Shown in pieces: positions 49,696-61,287 of a DNA stretch of 64,000 bases. The notes under the pieces are model-generated. The model was not told the origin of the DNA. It saw only the letters and a list, made by a program, of their open reading frames with translations, and did not search any database. This DNA comes from Acidimicrobiales bacterium (GTDB lineage: Bacteria; Actinomycetota; Acidimicrobiia; Acidimicrobiales; JAHEJN01), in contig JAHEJN010000005.1 in the NCBI GenBank assembly GCA_024638845.1, positions 8,468-72,467 on the forward strand, read 5' to 3'. Made by a program: the position numbers and the translations under genes. The first letter of the stretch is position 1, and each line of letters starts with the position of its first letter.

Positions 49696-51114
49696 ATGGA
49701 TCTGCTGTTCCACATACTCGATCAGTCGCAATGGGACCAGGCCCGAGCGGCCGGAGTGTACGAGCCCGAGTCGCTGACGGCCGAGGGCTTCATTCATCTC
49801 TCGACCGCCGACCAGGTGCCCGGAACGGCCAACCGCCGCTATGCCGGGGGGACCGATCTGGTCGTGCTCGCCATCGACGCCGACGCCGTGACCCCCGAGA
49901 TCCGGTTCGAGGACCTCTACGATCACGGTGCCGAGTTCCCCCACCTGTACGGCCCGCTCGCCACCTCCGCCGTCCACCACGTGGTGCCGCTCGAAGCCGG
50001 CGAGGAGGCCACGTTCACGTTCTCGTTCCCTCACGAGGGGGGCGACGTCGAGGCCCTGGCGACGGACTATCCGTCAGCCCGGAGCAGCTTCCTCGATGCA
50101 GCCGTCGGCGCCGGCGCAACCGTCGAGTCATTCGGTCACCCGCGCCGCGGCCTGAACGACGAGGAGCTCTTCGTCGACGTGGCCCGCCTGGGACCCGACG
50201 AGGCCGACGTCTGCGTGCTGGTGGTGGCGGCCACCCATGGGGTCGAGGGCTACGCCGGGTCCGCCCTCCAGACCCATTGGCTCACCGAGCACGCACAACA
50301 GCGGCCCGACAACGCGGCAGTGTTCCTCGTGCACGCCTTCAATCCCTTCGGCTTCTCCTGGGTACGACGGGTGAACGAGGACAACGTCGACCTCAACCGC
50401 AACTTCATCGACTGGGACGAACCCCTTCCGACCAATGCCGCGTACATGCAGATCGCATCCGCCCTCGTTCCCGCCGACTGGTCGACCGAGAGCCAGCAAC
50501 GCTCGCTGGCCGATCTGCTCACCGTCGCCGGCGACTGGGGGCTCGAGCGCATGCAAACCGCCGTGAGCTCGGGCCAGTACGCCCATCCCACCGGCGTGTT
50601 CTACGGAGGCGACGGTCCCGTGTGGTCGCACCGATGGCTGCGGTCATGGGCGAGCGACCATCTGTCCGGAGCCCGTGACCTCGCCGTCCTCGATCTCCAC
50701 ACCGGCCTAGGGGCCTGGGGGGCTTGCCAGCTCATCGGCCACGACCGGGTGGGGACCGCCGGTCATGCCCGCGCCGGCGACTGGTGGGGTCCGGTCGTCG
50801 CCATGGGCGGCGAGAACAGCGTCTCCGCCTCGCTCACCGGCGACTGGCTCGGTGTCGTCCAGGAGCTGGCGGCGAGCGCCCGGACCACGCGTGTGGCGCT
50901 CGAGTTCGGCACCGTCGATGCCGTCACCGTGCTGCAGGCGCTGCGCGCCGACGCATGGCTGCACGCCCACGGCGACCCCCTCGGCGACGACGCGGCCGCG
51001 ATCCGCGCCCAGGTTCGGGCGGCGTTCGCCGACGACGACCCCCGATGGATTCGCTCGTGTTGGCCGCATTTCGCACGGGCCATGACGGCCACGTTCGCCA
51101 AGATCGGCCGCTGA
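49696..51114 (+). CDS. DUF952 fused to DUF2817/M14-like metallopeptidase
   Basis: N-terminal EGFIHLST...FPHLYGPL (DUF952), then Y..AR..FL, THGVEG, NEDNVDLNRNF, DLHTG, LEFGT (M14-like). Confidence 0.82.
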   Translation: MDLLFHILDQSQWDQARAAGVYEPESLTAEGFIHLSTADQVPGTANRRYAGGTDLVVLAIDADAVTPEIRFEDLYDHGAEFPHLYGPLATSAVHHVVPLEAGEEATFTFSFPHEGGDVEALATDYPSARSSFLDAAVGAGATVESFGHPRRGLNDEELFVDVARLGPDEADVCVLVVAATHGVEGYAGSALQTHWLTEHAQQRPDNAAVFLVHAFNPFGFSWVRRVNEDNVDLNRNFIDWDEPLPTNAAYMQIASALVPADWSTESQQRSLADLLTVAGDWGLERMQTAVSSGQYAHPTGVFYGGDGPVWSHRWLRSWASDHLSGARDLAVLDLHTGLGAWGACQLIGHDRVGTAGHARAGDWWGPVVAMGGENSVSASLTGDWLGVVQELAASARTTRVALEFGTVDAVTVLQALRADAWLHAHGDPLGDDAAAIRAQVRAAFADDDPRWIRSCWPHFARAMTATFAKIGR

Positions 51115-51196
51115 GGTCGCGCTCGGCCACCGGCCGCCACCACACGGCTGCGTCCGGATCCGCTGGAAATCCTCCGCGCCCTCCTACGCTTCCGGC

Positions 51197-52126
51197 GTGT
51201 TCCAACGGATCGGATTCCAGGCGGCGCGAGGATTCATGATGGGGGCGGCCGACATCGTCCCCGGAGTTTCGGGCGGAACGATTGCGCTGCTCCTCGGCAT
51301 CTACGACGATCTCGTGCACAACGTCAAGACCGGCGCGCGTGCGCTGGGTTCGGCGGCTCGCCTCGATCTCTCGGGCGCTGTCGAGCGCCTTCGTCGGGTC
51401 GACTGGCTGTTCATCGGTCCCCTCTTCGTCGGCCTCGGCGCAGCCGTGGCGGCGCTCTCGTCGGTCATCGAGACACTTCTGCACGACTATCCAGAAGAGA
51501 TGGCCGGTCTGTTCAGCGGGCTGGTGCTGGCCTCGGTCTACGTCGCCACCGGCATGGTGCGACCCTGGACGGCCCGTGCGGTCGGCCTGGGCATCGTCGT
51601 GGCCGTCGCGGTCTTCGCGGTCCTCGGGCTCCAGAACGGCCCCGTCGCCGATCCGACCACGTTTGCCTGGTTCGGTGCCGGCGCCGTGGCCATCTGCGCC
51701 ATGATCCTCCCTGGCATCTCGGGCTCGTTCCTGTTGCTCATGCTGGGCATGTACGCGCCGGTTCTCGCCGCAGTGAACGATCGCGAGATCGGCCACCTGG
51801 CCATCTTCTTCGTCGGACTCGTGGTCGGCCTTGCGCTCTTCTCGAACGTGCTCGGATACCTCCTCGACACGGCCAGAGATCTCACCATGGCCGCCCTCAT
51901 CGGACTCATGGTGGGCTCGATGCGCGTGCTGTGGCCGTGGCCCAACGGCGTGGGCACCATCAGTGACAACCAGGCCGAGGTGGTCGACGGAAGCGGCCTC
52001 GACTGGCCCGCCGACGACGAGGTCGCCGTTCCGGCTCTGCTGGCGGTGCTGGCGTTCGGGATCGTGGTCGGCCTCACCCGTCTGGCGGCCCGTCGCGCCT
52101 CGGTTGCAGGACCGATCGCCAGCTGA
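51197..52126 (+). CDS. DUF368 undecaprenyl-phosphate translocase family
   Basis: GAADIVPGVSGGTIA and AMILPGISGS signature motifs. Confidence 0.93.
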   Translation: MFQRIGFQAARGFMMGAADIVPGVSGGTIALLLGIYDDLVHNVKTGARALGSAARLDLSGAVERLRRVDWLFIGPLFVGLGAAVAALSSVIETLLHDYPEEMAGLFSGLVLASVYVATGMVRPWTARAVGLGIVVAVAVFAVLGLQNGPVADPTTFAWFGAGAVAICAMILPGISGSFLLLMLGMYAPVLAAVNDREIGHLAIFFVGLVVGLALFSNVLGYLLDTARDLTMAALIGLMVGSMRVLWPWPNGVGTISDNQAEVVDGSGLDWPADDEVAVPALLAVLAFGIVVGLTRLAARRASVAGPIAS

Positions 52127-52775
52127 GCACACCGTTCGGTCTGCGCACCAGGTCGTTGCGCCAGGCCCACCCACCGACGACGAGACCGCCGACGGCGACG
52201 TCGGCCTCCGATGCGGGCTCGGTTCGGCTCCGAGGCCCGGGCCACGGTCCGGTGCCGAAGCGATGGGCCCATGACCCAGACGTCGCGAGAGTGAGCTCGA
52301 TCCTTTCGGCGCCCACCAGGATCTCCCCTTCGACGCGAGCAGGAACCACGTGCCCGTCGTCGAGGCTCTCGACTTTCCCCGAGCGGTGCCACTCGACGTC
52401 GAGTCCCACGGGGCACCGGACGCCACGGCCCGAGCCGAAAACGTCGTCGACCTCGTCGATCTCCACGCCGAACGCCTCGAGGTCGACACTGAGATGCTCG
52501 CCGGGTTCGTTGATGCCGACCTCGGCCCACAGACCCGACGAGCGGATCTCGAGGTTGGGCCAACCCGGGAGCGGAACCTCGTCGTCGGTCACCAGCACCA
52601 GCGGCCGTCGGGTGCCGCACACCAGGGTCCACCACCACGCTCCGGCGCGGGTGAGGACCAGGCCCACCGCCAGGCCGACTACTCGGCTCGTGGGATCGAC
52701 GGCTTCGAGCTCCCACGATTCGTAGGCTCCCGAGCGGAGATCGTCGGTCGGGAAGTGACGCCGGTCGGGATGCAC
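52074..52775 (-). CDS. Hypothetical protein (beta-rich; possibly AttH/lipocalin-like)
   Basis: ESW, LEIRSSGLWAE, LEAFGV, PVGLDVEW; fills the gap between convergent and divergent genes; fold guess is weak. Confidence 0.6.
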   Translation of the reverse strand: MHPDRRHFPTDDLRSGAYESWELEAVDPTSRVVGLAVGLVLTRAGAWWWTLVCGTRRPLVLVTDDEVPLPGWPNLEIRSSGLWAEVGINEPGEHLSVDLEAFGVEIDEVDDVFGSGRGVRCPVGLDVEWHRSGKVESLDDGHVVPARVEGEILVGAERIELTLATSGSWAHRFGTGPWPGPRSRTEPASEADVAVGGLVVGGWAWRNDLVRRPNGVLSWRSVLQPRRDGPPDG

Positions 52776-52822
52776 GTGAACCAGCGTCGCACAGCCACGG
52801 TGAGCGGTCCTACGCTGGCGTG

Positions 52823-53179
52823 ATGGACTCGTGGCCGTCGACGGAGTGGGTGCAGCGATGCGACGAGGCTCTCCGTCGTTCCGAGCTGACCGGCGACGGT
52901 CTCTGCGTCGAGCACATCATCGGCACCGACGACCGGGCGTTCCGGTATCACGTGTCGGTCGACGCGTCGGGCGCCCACGCCGGCATCGGCTCGGCCGATG
53001 AGCCCACGGTCACCTTCTACCAGTCGCACGAGACGGCGCAAGCGATCCGGGCCGGTCGGCTCGGAGCCGGCGAGGCGGTGTTGCTCGGTCGGGTCGACGT
53101 ACGGGGCGACGCTGCGGCCCTCGTCGCCCACCGTGCCACGCTGCGCGCCGTCGATGCGGTGATGGGTGCCATCGACTGA
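52823..53179 (+). CDS. SCP2 sterol-carrier-like protein
   Basis: WPSTEWV N-terminus; G.L...AVLLGRVDVRGD C-terminus. Confidence 0.75.
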   Translation: MDSWPSTEWVQRCDEALRRSELTGDGLCVEHIIGTDDRAFRYHVSVDASGAHAGIGSADEPTVTFYQSHETAQAIRAGRLGAGEAVLLGRVDVRGDAAALVAHRATLRAVDAVMGAID

Positions 53180-54084
53180 TGCCCGAGCTTCCCGACGTGG
53201 TCGTGTATCTGGAGGCGCTCGAACCCCGCGTGATCGGCCACGTCATCGAGAAGATCGACGTCCGCGGCATCTCGGTCCTCAAGACCTACGACCCGCCGAT
53301 CGACGAGGTCGTCGGAAACGAGGTCGTGACGCTGCGGCGGCTGGGCAAACGACTCGTCTTCGAGCTCACCGACGATCTGTTCCTGGTCATCCACCTCATG
53401 GTCGGCGGTCGGCTCAAGTGGGCCGATGGCGGCGCCAAGGTGCCGGGGAAGGTCGGCCTGGCCGGCATCCACTTCGCCAATGGATCGCTGATCCTCACCG
53501 AGGCGTCGAAGAAGAAACGGGCGGCGCTGTGGCTGCACCGCGGCGAGGAGGCGATGCTGGCCGAACACGACCGAGATGGCGCCGAGCCCCTCGAGGTCGA
53601 CCGCGACACCTTCGTGGCCCGACTCACCGAGCGGAACCGCACGCTCAAGCGAGCGCTGACCGACCCGCGCGTGTTCAGCGGCATCGGCAATGCCTACTCC
53701 GACGAGATCCTGCTGCACGCCGGCCTGTCACCGGTACGACGCACCGATCAGCTCGACGCCAACGAGCTCACCCGGCTGTTCGACGCCACCACCCAGACCC
53801 TCGGCCTCTGGCTCGATCGCCTGCGAACCGAGGTGGGAGACGGATGGCCGACCAAGGTCACCGCCTTCCGGCCCGAGATGGTCGTCCACGGTAAGTATCG
53901 CCAGCCATGTTCGGTGTGCGGCACCGAGGTTCAACGCATCCGGTACGCCGAGAACGAGGTGAACTACTGCCCCAGTTGCCAGACCGGGGGCAAGGTGCTC
54001 GCCGATCGCTCACTGTCGCGTCTGTTGAAGGACGACTGGCCCCGAACCCTCGAGGATCTCGAAGAGGTCCGTCCGACCGAGTGA
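53179..54084 (+). CDS. Fpg/Nei family DNA glycosylase
   Basis: MPELPDV, LGKRL, GIGNAYSDEIL, CSVC...YCPSCQ zinc finger. Confidence 0.93.
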   Translation: MPELPDVVVYLEALEPRVIGHVIEKIDVRGISVLKTYDPPIDEVVGNEVVTLRRLGKRLVFELTDDLFLVIHLMVGGRLKWADGGAKVPGKVGLAGIHFANGSLILTEASKKKRAALWLHRGEEAMLAEHDRDGAEPLEVDRDTFVARLTERNRTLKRALTDPRVFSGIGNAYSDEILLHAGLSPVRRTDQLDANELTRLFDATTQTLGLWLDRLRTEVGDGWPTKVTAFRPEMVVHGKYRQPCSVCGTEVQRIRYAENEVNYCPSCQTGGKVLADRSLSRLLKDDWPRTLEDLEEVRPTE

Positions 54085-54099
54085 CGGCCGAGGAGCGCC

Positions 54100-55089
54100 T
54101 CAGAGCAGACCGAGCTCACGCACCGTGTCGCGCTCACCGACCAGCTCGGCCGCCGACGCATCGATCTTGCCCCGACTGAAGTCGTCGATGTCGAGACCCT
54201 GCACGATCGAGTACGAGCCGTCGGCACAGGTGACCGGGAACGACGAGATGAGCCCTTCGGCCACGCCGTAGCTGCCGTCGGACGGGATGGCCATGCTCAC
54301 CCAGTCGCCCTCGGGCGTGCCGAGAGCCCAGTCGTGCATGTGGTCGACCGCCGCGTTGGCGGCCGAAGCCGCCGAGGAAGCCCCTCGCGCCTCGATGATG
54401 GCCGCGCCGCGCTTTTGCACGGTGGGAATGAAGGTGTGCTCGATCCAGTCGTGGTCGTCGATGGCATCGGCGGCATTGCGGCCATGGACCTGGGCATGGA
54501 AGACGTCGGGGTACTGGGTCGCCGAGTGGTTGCCCCAGATGGTCATGGTGGTGACGTCGTTCACCGTCGCGCCGACCTTGTGCGCCACCTGGGCGATCGC
54601 CCGGTTGTGATCGAGCCGGGTCATCGCCGTGAACTGACCCGGATCGAGATCGGGAGCCGCCGACTGGGCGATCAGCGCATTGGTGTTGGCCGGGTTACCG
54701 ACCACCAGCACTCTGACCGCCGGGCTCGCACTGTCGTTGAGGGCCTTGCCCTGGGGGCCGAAGATGCCACCATTGGCCTCGAGCAGATCGGCTCGCTCCA
54801 TGCCCTGCTTGCGCGGCATGGCCCCGACGAGCAGTGCGTAGTCGCTGTCGCCGAAGGCGACGTCGGCGTCGTCGGTCTTCACCACGCCGTCGAGGAGGGG
54901 AAAGGCACAGTCGTCGAGCTCCATGTGTACACCGTCGAGGGCACCCAGGGCCGGGGTGATCTCGAGCAGCTGCAGGATCACGGGCTGGTCCTCGCCGAGC
55001 ATCTGGCCACTGGCGATGCGGAACAGCAACGCGTAGCCGATCTGACCGGCCGCGCCGGTGACGGTGACTCGTACGGGTGACTTGCTCAC
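54100..55089 (-). CDS. mdh: Malate dehydrogenase
   Basis: [33 protein letters not shown]. Confidence 0.96.
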   Translation of the reverse strand: MSKSPVRVTVTGAAGQIGYALLFRIASGQMLGEDQPVILQLLEITPALGALDGVHMELDDCAFPLLDGVVKTDDADVAFGDSDYALLVGAMPRKQGMERADLLEANGGIFGPQGKALNDSASPAVRVLVVGNPANTNALIAQSAAPDLDPGQFTAMTRLDHNRAIAQVAHKVGATVNDVTTMTIWGNHSATQYPDVFHAQVHGRNAADAIDDHDWIEHTFIPTVQKRGAAIIEARGASSAASAANAAVDHMHDWALGTPEGDWVSMAIPSDGSYGVAEGLISSFPVTCADGSYSIVQGLDIDDFSRGKIDASAAELVGERDTVRELGLL

Positions 55090-55167
55090 GGTGGTTCTCC
55101 TGGTCGACACGACGTCGACGTGAGGCTACTCACCCTCACAGGTCGGCGAGAAGTCGCGGCCGAGTGA

Positions 55168-55818
55168 TCACGCCCCGCACGCGTCGAGAGCGATCTCGAT
55201 ACCGGCGGTCATCTGGGTCGTGTCCCGATCGAACAGGACGAAGTCGGTGAACGGCACGCTGGTGGCGAGCGAGTTCCAGGTGCATTGGCAGAAGTCGGCC
55301 TGCGATTCGCCCGCGTTGTCGATGCAGGCCTCCATGAAGTTCGTTTCGACCTCTTCGGTGTAACCGGCGAGCCACTCGTCGCTCTCGATGTCGAGGAGCT
55401 CGGGGGCCACGTCGGCCGCCGGCCCGACTCCGCAGTACTGCGAGACGATGTCGTCGTACTGCCCGCCGCAGCTTCCACCGAAGGCTTCGTACTCGCTGTC
55501 GAATGGCGAGTCGGCGTACAGCGCGTCGCAAGCGTCCATGTCGCCGGCGGCGCAGTCGTCGTAGAGACCGTCGAGGTAAGGGTCGGAGCCGTAGGTGCCG
55601 ACCGCAGGGATGTCGCCGACCCCCTCGCCGAGCCCGGGGGTCGCCTCCGGAGTGGCTGAGGGCTCGGGCGTCGGCTCCTGCGTGGGTTCCACCGCCGGTT
55701 CGGTCGGCCCGGGAGTCGGTTCGGCGACGCTGACCTCGACGCCGACCTCGCCGCCGCACGAGGCCGCGATCATCACCGCAACAATCGCCACGACCACCAC
55801 TCGCCCCACGGCGACCAC
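55168..55818 (-). CDS. Putative Cys-rich acidic lipoprotein
   Basis: Lipobox IAASC, PT/E linker, YGSDPYLD.LYDDC..GD..ACD.LY module and a second FMEAC...CQC module. Confidence 0.7.
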   Translation of the reverse strand: MVAVGRVVVVAIVAVMIAASCGGEVGVEVSVAEPTPGPTEPAVEPTQEPTPEPSATPEATPGLGEGVGDIPAVGTYGSDPYLDGLYDDCAAGDMDACDALYADSPFDSEYEAFGGSCGGQYDDIVSQYCGVGPAADVAPELLDIESDEWLAGYTEEVETNFMEACIDNAGESQADFCQCTWNSLATSVPFTDFVLFDRDTTQMTAGIEIALDACGA

Positions 55819-55949
55819 CTCCCGTGGCCACGAGTCTACGAAGGTGTCGACGGCGAACCGGGTACCTCGTCGCTCGGCAGGGAGCCGCCGCTCGCTAACC
55901 TCACAGCGCGAAGCCGAACCGACGATGCGTGAGGCCCAACGGAAGCGAC

Positions 55950-58184
55950 ATGACTGACACGACCCCCAAGATCATCTACACCAAGACCGACGAAGCACCC
56001 GCGCTCGCCACCGCGTCGCTCCTACCCATCATCGAGGTGTTCGCGTCGGCGGCCGACGTCGTCGTCGAAACCCGCGACATCTCGTTGGCCCGGCGCATCC
56101 TCGCCAACCTCGCCGACTGGTTGCCCGAACACCAGCGCGCCAACGACGATCTCGCCGAGCTGGGCGAGCTCGCCACCCGGCCCGAGGCCAACATCATCAA
56201 GCTGCCGAACATCTCGGCGTCGGTGCCCCAGCTCAAGGCGGCGGTGACCGAGCTCCAGGAGAAGGGGTTTGCGCTCCCCGACTACCCCGACGAGCCCGAG
56301 ACCGACGACGAGCGGGCCGTCCGCCGGCAGTACGACCGCGTGAAGGGCAGCGCCGTGAATCCGGTGCTCCGCGAGGGCAACTCCGACCGCCGGGCACCGA
56401 GGGCCGTGAAGGAGTACGCGCGCAAGTACCCGCATCCGATGGGCGCCTGGTCCGCCGGCTCCCTCACCCACGTGGCCACCATGAGTCATGGCGACTTCGC
56501 CCACAACGAGCAGTCGGTCACGGTCGATGCGGGCACCACCGTCGCGGTCAACCACGTCGCCATCGACGGAACCGTGACCCCGCTGCGCGACCCGATCGCG
56601 CTCGAGGCCGGCGAGATCATCGACGCCACGGTGATGGAGAAGCAGGCGTTGGTCGACTTCCTGGCCGAGCAGATCGACGATGCCGCCGCCAAGGGCGTGC
56701 TGTTCTCCGTGCACCTCAAAGCCACGATGATGAAGGTGTCCGATCCGCTGATATTCGGTCACGTCGTGAAGACCTTCTTCGCCGACGTATTCGCCGACCA
56801 TGCCGCCGAGCTCGACTCGGTCGACGCCGACCCCAACAACGGCCTGGCGAGCGTCCTCGCGTCGATCGCCGACCTGCCGGCCGACCAAGCCGACGCGATT
56901 CGTGCCGACATCGAGGCCACCTATGCTCGCCGACCCGGTGTGGCGATGGTCAACTCCGACAAGGGAATCAGCAACCTGCACGTGCCCAGCGACGTGATCG
57001 TCGATGCGTCGATGCCGGCCATGATCCGCTCGTCGGGGAAGATGTGGAACGCAGCCGGCGAGCTCCAGGACGCCAAGGCGGTCATCCCCGACAGCAGCTA
57101 CGCCGGGATCTACCAGGTGGTGATCGACGACTGCCGAGCCCACGGCGCCTACGACCCGGTGACGATGGGATCGGTGTCCAATGTCGGCCTGATGGCCCAG
57201 AAGGCCGAGGAGTACGGCAGTCACGACAAGACCTTCGAGATCGCGACGGCAGGTGTCGTGCAGCTCGTCGACGCCGACGGCGGTGTGCTCACCGAGCACA
57301 CGGTCGCGCCAGGCGATATCTGGCGTGCGAACCAGGTCAAGGACAGTGCCGTACGCGATTGGGTGAAACTCGCGGTCACCCGCGCCCGCGCCACCGGTGC
57401 GCCGGCGGTGTTCTGGCTCGACGCCGCCCGCGCCCACGACGCCCAGCTGATCGCGAAAGTGCGGCGATACCTCGGCGATCACGACACCGACGGCCTCACC
57501 ATCGAGATCATGTCGCCCATCGATGCCACCCGGTACTCCGTCGATCGCATCCGCGAGGGCCTCGACACGATCTCGGTCACCGGCAACGTCTTGCGCGACT
57601 ACAACACCGACCTGTTCCCCATCCTCGAGGTGGGCACCAGCGCCAAGATGCTCTCCATCGTGCCGCTGATGAACGGCGGAGGGCTGTTCGAGACCGGCGC
57701 CGGAGGCTCGGCTCCGAAACACGTGCAGCAATTCCTCGCCGAGAACCACCTGCGGTGGGATTCACTCGGTGAGTTCCTCGCCCTGGCGGTGTCACTCGAG
57801 CACCTGGCCGAGGCCACGGGGAACCACAGGGCCGCCGTGGTGGCCGACGCGCTCGACGTCGCCACCGAACGGTTGCTCGACGAGGGCAAGTCACCGTCGC
57901 GCGAGGTCAACGAGCTCGACAACAGGGGAAGCCACTTCTACCTCGCCCTGTTCTGGGCGACGGAACTCACGGCGCAGTCCGACGACGCCGAGCTGGCATC
58001 GCAGTTCGGTCCGCTGGCGGCGCTCCTGGCCGACAACGAGACGGTCATCGTCGACGAGCTCAACGCCGTCCAGGGCCACCCGGTCGACATCGGCGGCTAC
58101 TACCAGCCCGACCCGGCGCTGGTCACAGCAGCCATGCGTCCCAGCGTCACGTTCAACCGTGTCCTTTCCGCTCTCGACCGCTGA
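55950..58184 (+). CDS. icd: Monomeric NADP-dependent isocitrate dehydrogenase
   Basis: [53 protein letters not shown]. Confidence 0.96.
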   Translation: MTDTTPKIIYTKTDEAPALATASLLPIIEVFASAADVVVETRDISLARRILANLADWLPEHQRANDDLAELGELATRPEANIIKLPNISASVPQLKAAVTELQEKGFALPDYPDEPETDDERAVRRQYDRVKGSAVNPVLREGNSDRRAPRAVKEYARKYPHPMGAWSAGSLTHVATMSHGDFAHNEQSVTVDAGTTVAVNHVAIDGTVTPLRDPIALEAGEIIDATVMEKQALVDFLAEQIDDAAAKGVLFSVHLKATMMKVSDPLIFGHVVKTFFADVFADHAAELDSVDADPNNGLASVLASIADLPADQADAIRADIEATYARRPGVAMVNSDKGISNLHVPSDVIVDASMPAMIRSSGKMWNAAGELQDAKAVIPDSSYAGIYQVVIDDCRAHGAYDPVTMGSVSNVGLMAQKAEEYGSHDKTFEIATAGVVQLVDADGGVLTEHTVAPGDIWRANQVKDSAVRDWVKLAVTRARATGAPAVFWLDAARAHDAQLIAKVRRYLGDHDTDGLTIEIMSPIDATRYSVDRIREGLDTISVTGNVLRDYNTDLFPILEVGTSAKMLSIVPLMNGGGLFETGAGGSAPKHVQQFLAENHLRWDSLGEFLALAVSLEHLAEATGNHRAAVVADALDVATERLLDEGKSPSREVNELDNRGSHFYLALFWATELTAQSDDAELASQFGPLAALLADNETVIVDELNAVQGHPVDIGGYYQPDPALVTAAMRPSVTFNRVLSALDR

Positions 58185-58210
58185 TCACCGAGCCGTCGGT
58201 CGACACGCGA

Positions 58211-59071
58211 TCAATCGGCGGTCGTGGCTTCGGCCGCAGCCACGGTGTTGGCCATGAGCATGGCCCGGGTCATGGGCCCCACCCCGCCGATGCGGGGTGA
58301 GAGCCAGCCCGCGACATCGGCGACCTCATCGGCCACGTCGCTCACCAGCTTGGCGCCCTCGAAGCTGACGCCCGCGGCGACCACCGCCGCTCCCGGCTTC
58401 ACCATGTCAGCGGTGATCAATCGGGGCGATCCTGCCGCCGCCACGAGGACGTCGGCTTGGCGGGTGTAGACGCCGATGTCGCCCACGCCGGTGTGGACCA
58501 CGGTGACGGCGGCGTTGGCATTGCGCAGCTTGAGGGTGAGCAGATTGGCGAGCGGTCGACCGATGGTGAGCCCGCGCCCCACGATCACCACATGACGGCC
58601 CGGTATCTCCACGCCGAATCGCTCCAGCAGGAGCTGGATTCCCGCCGGCGTGCACGCGAGAGGAGCGTCGACTCCCTGCACGAGCTTGCCGAGGTTGACC
58701 GGGTGGAGCCCGTCGGCGTCCTTGGCCGGATCGACCCGGAGGAGTGCCGCTTCGTAGTCGAGACCCGGAGGAAACGGGTACTGGATGATGTACGCGTGGA
58801 TGGCGGGATCGGAGTTGAGATCGTCGACGACGGCGTCGATCTCGGACTGCGGGGTGTCGGCCGGCAGCTTCGTCTCGCGTGAGTGCATGCCGAGCTCGGT
58901 GCTGTCGCGGTGCTTCATGGCGACGTAGTTGGCCGACGGCCCGTCATCGCCGACCAGAACCGTGCCCAACCCCGGGACGATGTCCCGGTCGGCCAACGCG
59001 CGTATGCGCTCGCGAAGTTCGGCCTTGATCTCCGAGGCCAGGAGCTCGCCGTCGAGGGTGATGGCTGTCAT
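58211..59071 (-). CDS. folD: Methylene-THF dehydrogenase/cyclohydrolase
   Basis: [29 protein letters not shown]. Confidence 0.95.
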   Translation of the reverse strand: MTAITLDGELLASEIKAELRERIRALADRDIVPGLGTVLVGDDGPSANYVAMKHRDSTELGMHSRETKLPADTPQSEIDAVVDDLNSDPAIHAYIIQYPFPPGLDYEAALLRVDPAKDADGLHPVNLGKLVQGVDAPLACTPAGIQLLLERFGVEIPGRHVVIVGRGLTIGRPLANLLTLKLRNANAAVTVVHTGVGDIGVYTRQADVLVAAAGSPRLITADMVKPGAAVVAAGVSFEGAKLVSDVADEVADVAGWLSPRIGGVGPMTRAMLMANTVAAAEATTAD

Positions 59072-59090
59072 GGGGAACGGTCCTCTCGGG

Positions 59091-60620
59091 TCAGTGGCGG
59101 AAGTGCCGCTCGGCCGTGAAGACCATGGCCATGTTCGCCTCGTTGGCCGCAACGATCACCTCGTCGTCGCGAATCGAGCCACCGGGCTGGATCACCGCGG
59201 TGCATCCGGCGTCGATCGCCGCTTCGAGCCCATCGCTGAACGGGAAGAACGCGTCGCTGGCACAGACTCCGCCGGCGGCGCGTCCGTCGGCCTTCTCGGC
59301 GGCGATGCGTCCGGCGTCGCGACGGTTCTGCTGACCGGCCCCGATCCCGACCGCCTGGCGATCCTTGGCCAACACGATCGTGTTCGACATCACGCGGGCC
59401 ACGACCCGCCACGCGAAGTCGAGATCGGCCCACTCGGCGTCGGTCGGCTCACGCTCGGTGGCGACCGTCCACTCGTCGCGCCCGGCGATGATGCGGTCGG
59501 CCGTCTGCACGAGGAGACCACCCGAGATCGACCGCATGTCGAGAACCTCCGACGGTGGTGGGTCGGCCTCGATCACGCGGAGGTTCTTCTTCGCCTGCAG
59601 CGCCTCGAGGGCGTCGGCTTCGTACTCGGGGGCGACAATGACCTCGGTGAAGCGGCCGGCCATGGCCGCGACCATCGCGGCGGTGACCGGACGGTTCGTG
59701 GCGATGATCCCACCGAAGGCCGAGACCGGGTCGCATGCGTCGGCGCGCCGATAGGCCTCGGCCACGGTGGCGGCGACCGCGAGGCCGCAGGGGTTGGCGT
59801 GCTTGATCACCGCCACTGTGGGGTCGCCGCTGATCGACCAGGCGAGGCGCCACGCGGCCTCGGTGTCGTAGAGGTTGAGGTACGAGAGCTGTTTGCCGTT
59901 GTGCTGCACCGCCGTGTCCCACCATCCGCCACCGCTGGTCAGCCGGTAGCGCGCACCGACCTGGTGAGGGTTCTCCCCGTAGCGCAGATCCTGGACTCGG
60001 TCGAGGGTGAGATGCAGGGAGTCGGGAAGCGGATCGTCGGAGTCGGTGGTCTCGTCGGTGTCGTCGAGCCAGGCGACGATGGCCGCGTCGTAGGCAGCAG
60101 TGTGGGCGAACGCAGCGCGCGCCAGGCGGCGTCGGGTGGCCGCGCTCAGCCCACCGCCGGTGCGGAGCTCGTCGAGCACGGCGTCGTAGTCGTCGGGAGT
60201 GGTGAGAATGCCCACGGAATCGTGGTTCTTGGCGGCTGCACGCACCATGGTGGGACCACCGATGTCGATCATCTCGATCGACGGCTCGGCGTCGAACGGA
60301 TACAGGTTCGACACGACCAGGTCGATGGGCGCGATACCGCGCTCGGCAAGGGTCTCCAGGTGTTGGGGCTTGGACCGATCGGCGAGGATGCCGCCGTGAA
60401 TGCCGGGATGCAGGGTCTTGACCCGGCCATCGAGCATCTCGGGCGCCTGGGTGACCTCGGCGACCTCGAGTACGGGCAGGCCGGCATCGACGAGGACGCG
60501 AAACGTGCCTCCGCTCGACACGAGCTCCCAGCCGAGGTCGACCAGGCCGGCGGCCAGGTCGACGACGCCGGACTTGTCGAACACCGAGAGGAGGGCGCGG
60601 GGGGACGGATCGGTGGTCAC
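59091..60620 (-). CDS. purH: AICAR transformylase/IMP cyclohydrolase
   Basis: [45 protein letters not shown]. Confidence 0.96.
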   Translation of the reverse strand: MTTDPSPRALLSVFDKSGVVDLAAGLVDLGWELVSSGGTFRVLVDAGLPVLEVAEVTQAPEMLDGRVKTLHPGIHGGILADRSKPQHLETLAERGIAPIDLVVSNLYPFDAEPSIEMIDIGGPTMVRAAAKNHDSVGILTTPDDYDAVLDELRTGGGLSAATRRRLARAAFAHTAAYDAAIVAWLDDTDETTDSDDPLPDSLHLTLDRVQDLRYGENPHQVGARYRLTSGGGWWDTAVQHNGKQLSYLNLYDTEAAWRLAWSISGDPTVAVIKHANPCGLAVAATVAEAYRRADACDPVSAFGGIIATNRPVTAAMVAAMAGRFTEVIVAPEYEADALEALQAKKNLRVIEADPPPSEVLDMRSISGGLLVQTADRIIAGRDEWTVATEREPTDAEWADLDFAWRVVARVMSNTIVLAKDRQAVGIGAGQQNRRDAGRIAAEKADGRAAGGVCASDAFFPFSDGLEAAIDAGCTAVIQPGGSIRDDEVIVAANEANMAMVFTAERHFRH

Positions 60621-61180
60621 AGGACGATGCCTCGTTCGAGTATGGCGAGCAGGGTTTCGGGATAGAGCCGGCGCTCGACCGCCTTGATGCGCTCGTGCAG
60701 CGTGGAGACCGTGTCGTCGGCGTGCACCGTCACCGCCTCCTGGGCGAGGATGGGCCCGGCGTCGACCTCGAGGGTTGCGACGTGCACCGTGCAGCCGGTG
60801 ACTTTCACGCCGTAGGCCAACGCATCGTCGACCGCGTGCCAGCCGGGAAAGGCGGGCAGCAACGCCGGGTGGGTGTTCACGATGTGACCGGGGAAGCGGT
60901 CGTGGATCGGCTGGTCGAGAATGGTGCCGAAGCCGGCCATCGCGATCAGCTCGATCTCGGCGAGCTCGAGCAGCTCCCGCAGTTGCCAGGTGTAGGCCGT
61001 TCGGTCGAAGGCGGGACCATACGACGACCGTTCGAGGAGCCGGGCCGGGATCTGATGGGTCGCGGCCACCTCGAGTGCGGGACATGGCCGGTCGGTCACG
61101 ACGAGACCGACCGGTACCTCGGCGCCAACCATGGCGTCGAGGATGGTGCCACTTCCCGACGCGAGCACTGCCAGTTTCAC
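60617..61180 (-). CDS. purN: Phosphoribosylglycinamide formyltransferase
   Basis: VLASGSGT, NTHPALLPAFPG, GCTVH, DAGPI. Confidence 0.95.
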   Translation of the reverse strand: MKLAVLASGSGTILDAMVGAEVPVGLVVTDRPCPALEVAATHQIPARLLERSSYGPAFDRTAYTWQLRELLELAEIELIAMAGFGTILDQPIHDRFPGHIVNTHPALLPAFPGWHAVDDALAYGVKVTGCTVHVATLEVDAGPILAQEAVTVHADDTVSTLHERIKAVERRLYPETLLAILERGIVL

Positions 61181-61287
61181 GGGGGCGAACCTACCAGCGC
61201 GGATTGCAGCGTCGTCGAGTCGCTCCCCCCTCGACCGAAACCGATTACGGTTGGAGCACATCGTCACAAAGGGGGGCGTGGAGCATC

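Noticed and set aside
54100-61180. mdh-icd-folD-purH-purN clustering as novel
   Set aside because: A common actinobacterial gene order.
61181-61287. ZTP (pfl) riboswitch upstream of purN-purH
   Set aside because: Conserved GACUGGCG and GCCUGGGC elements not seen; purN appears leaderless.
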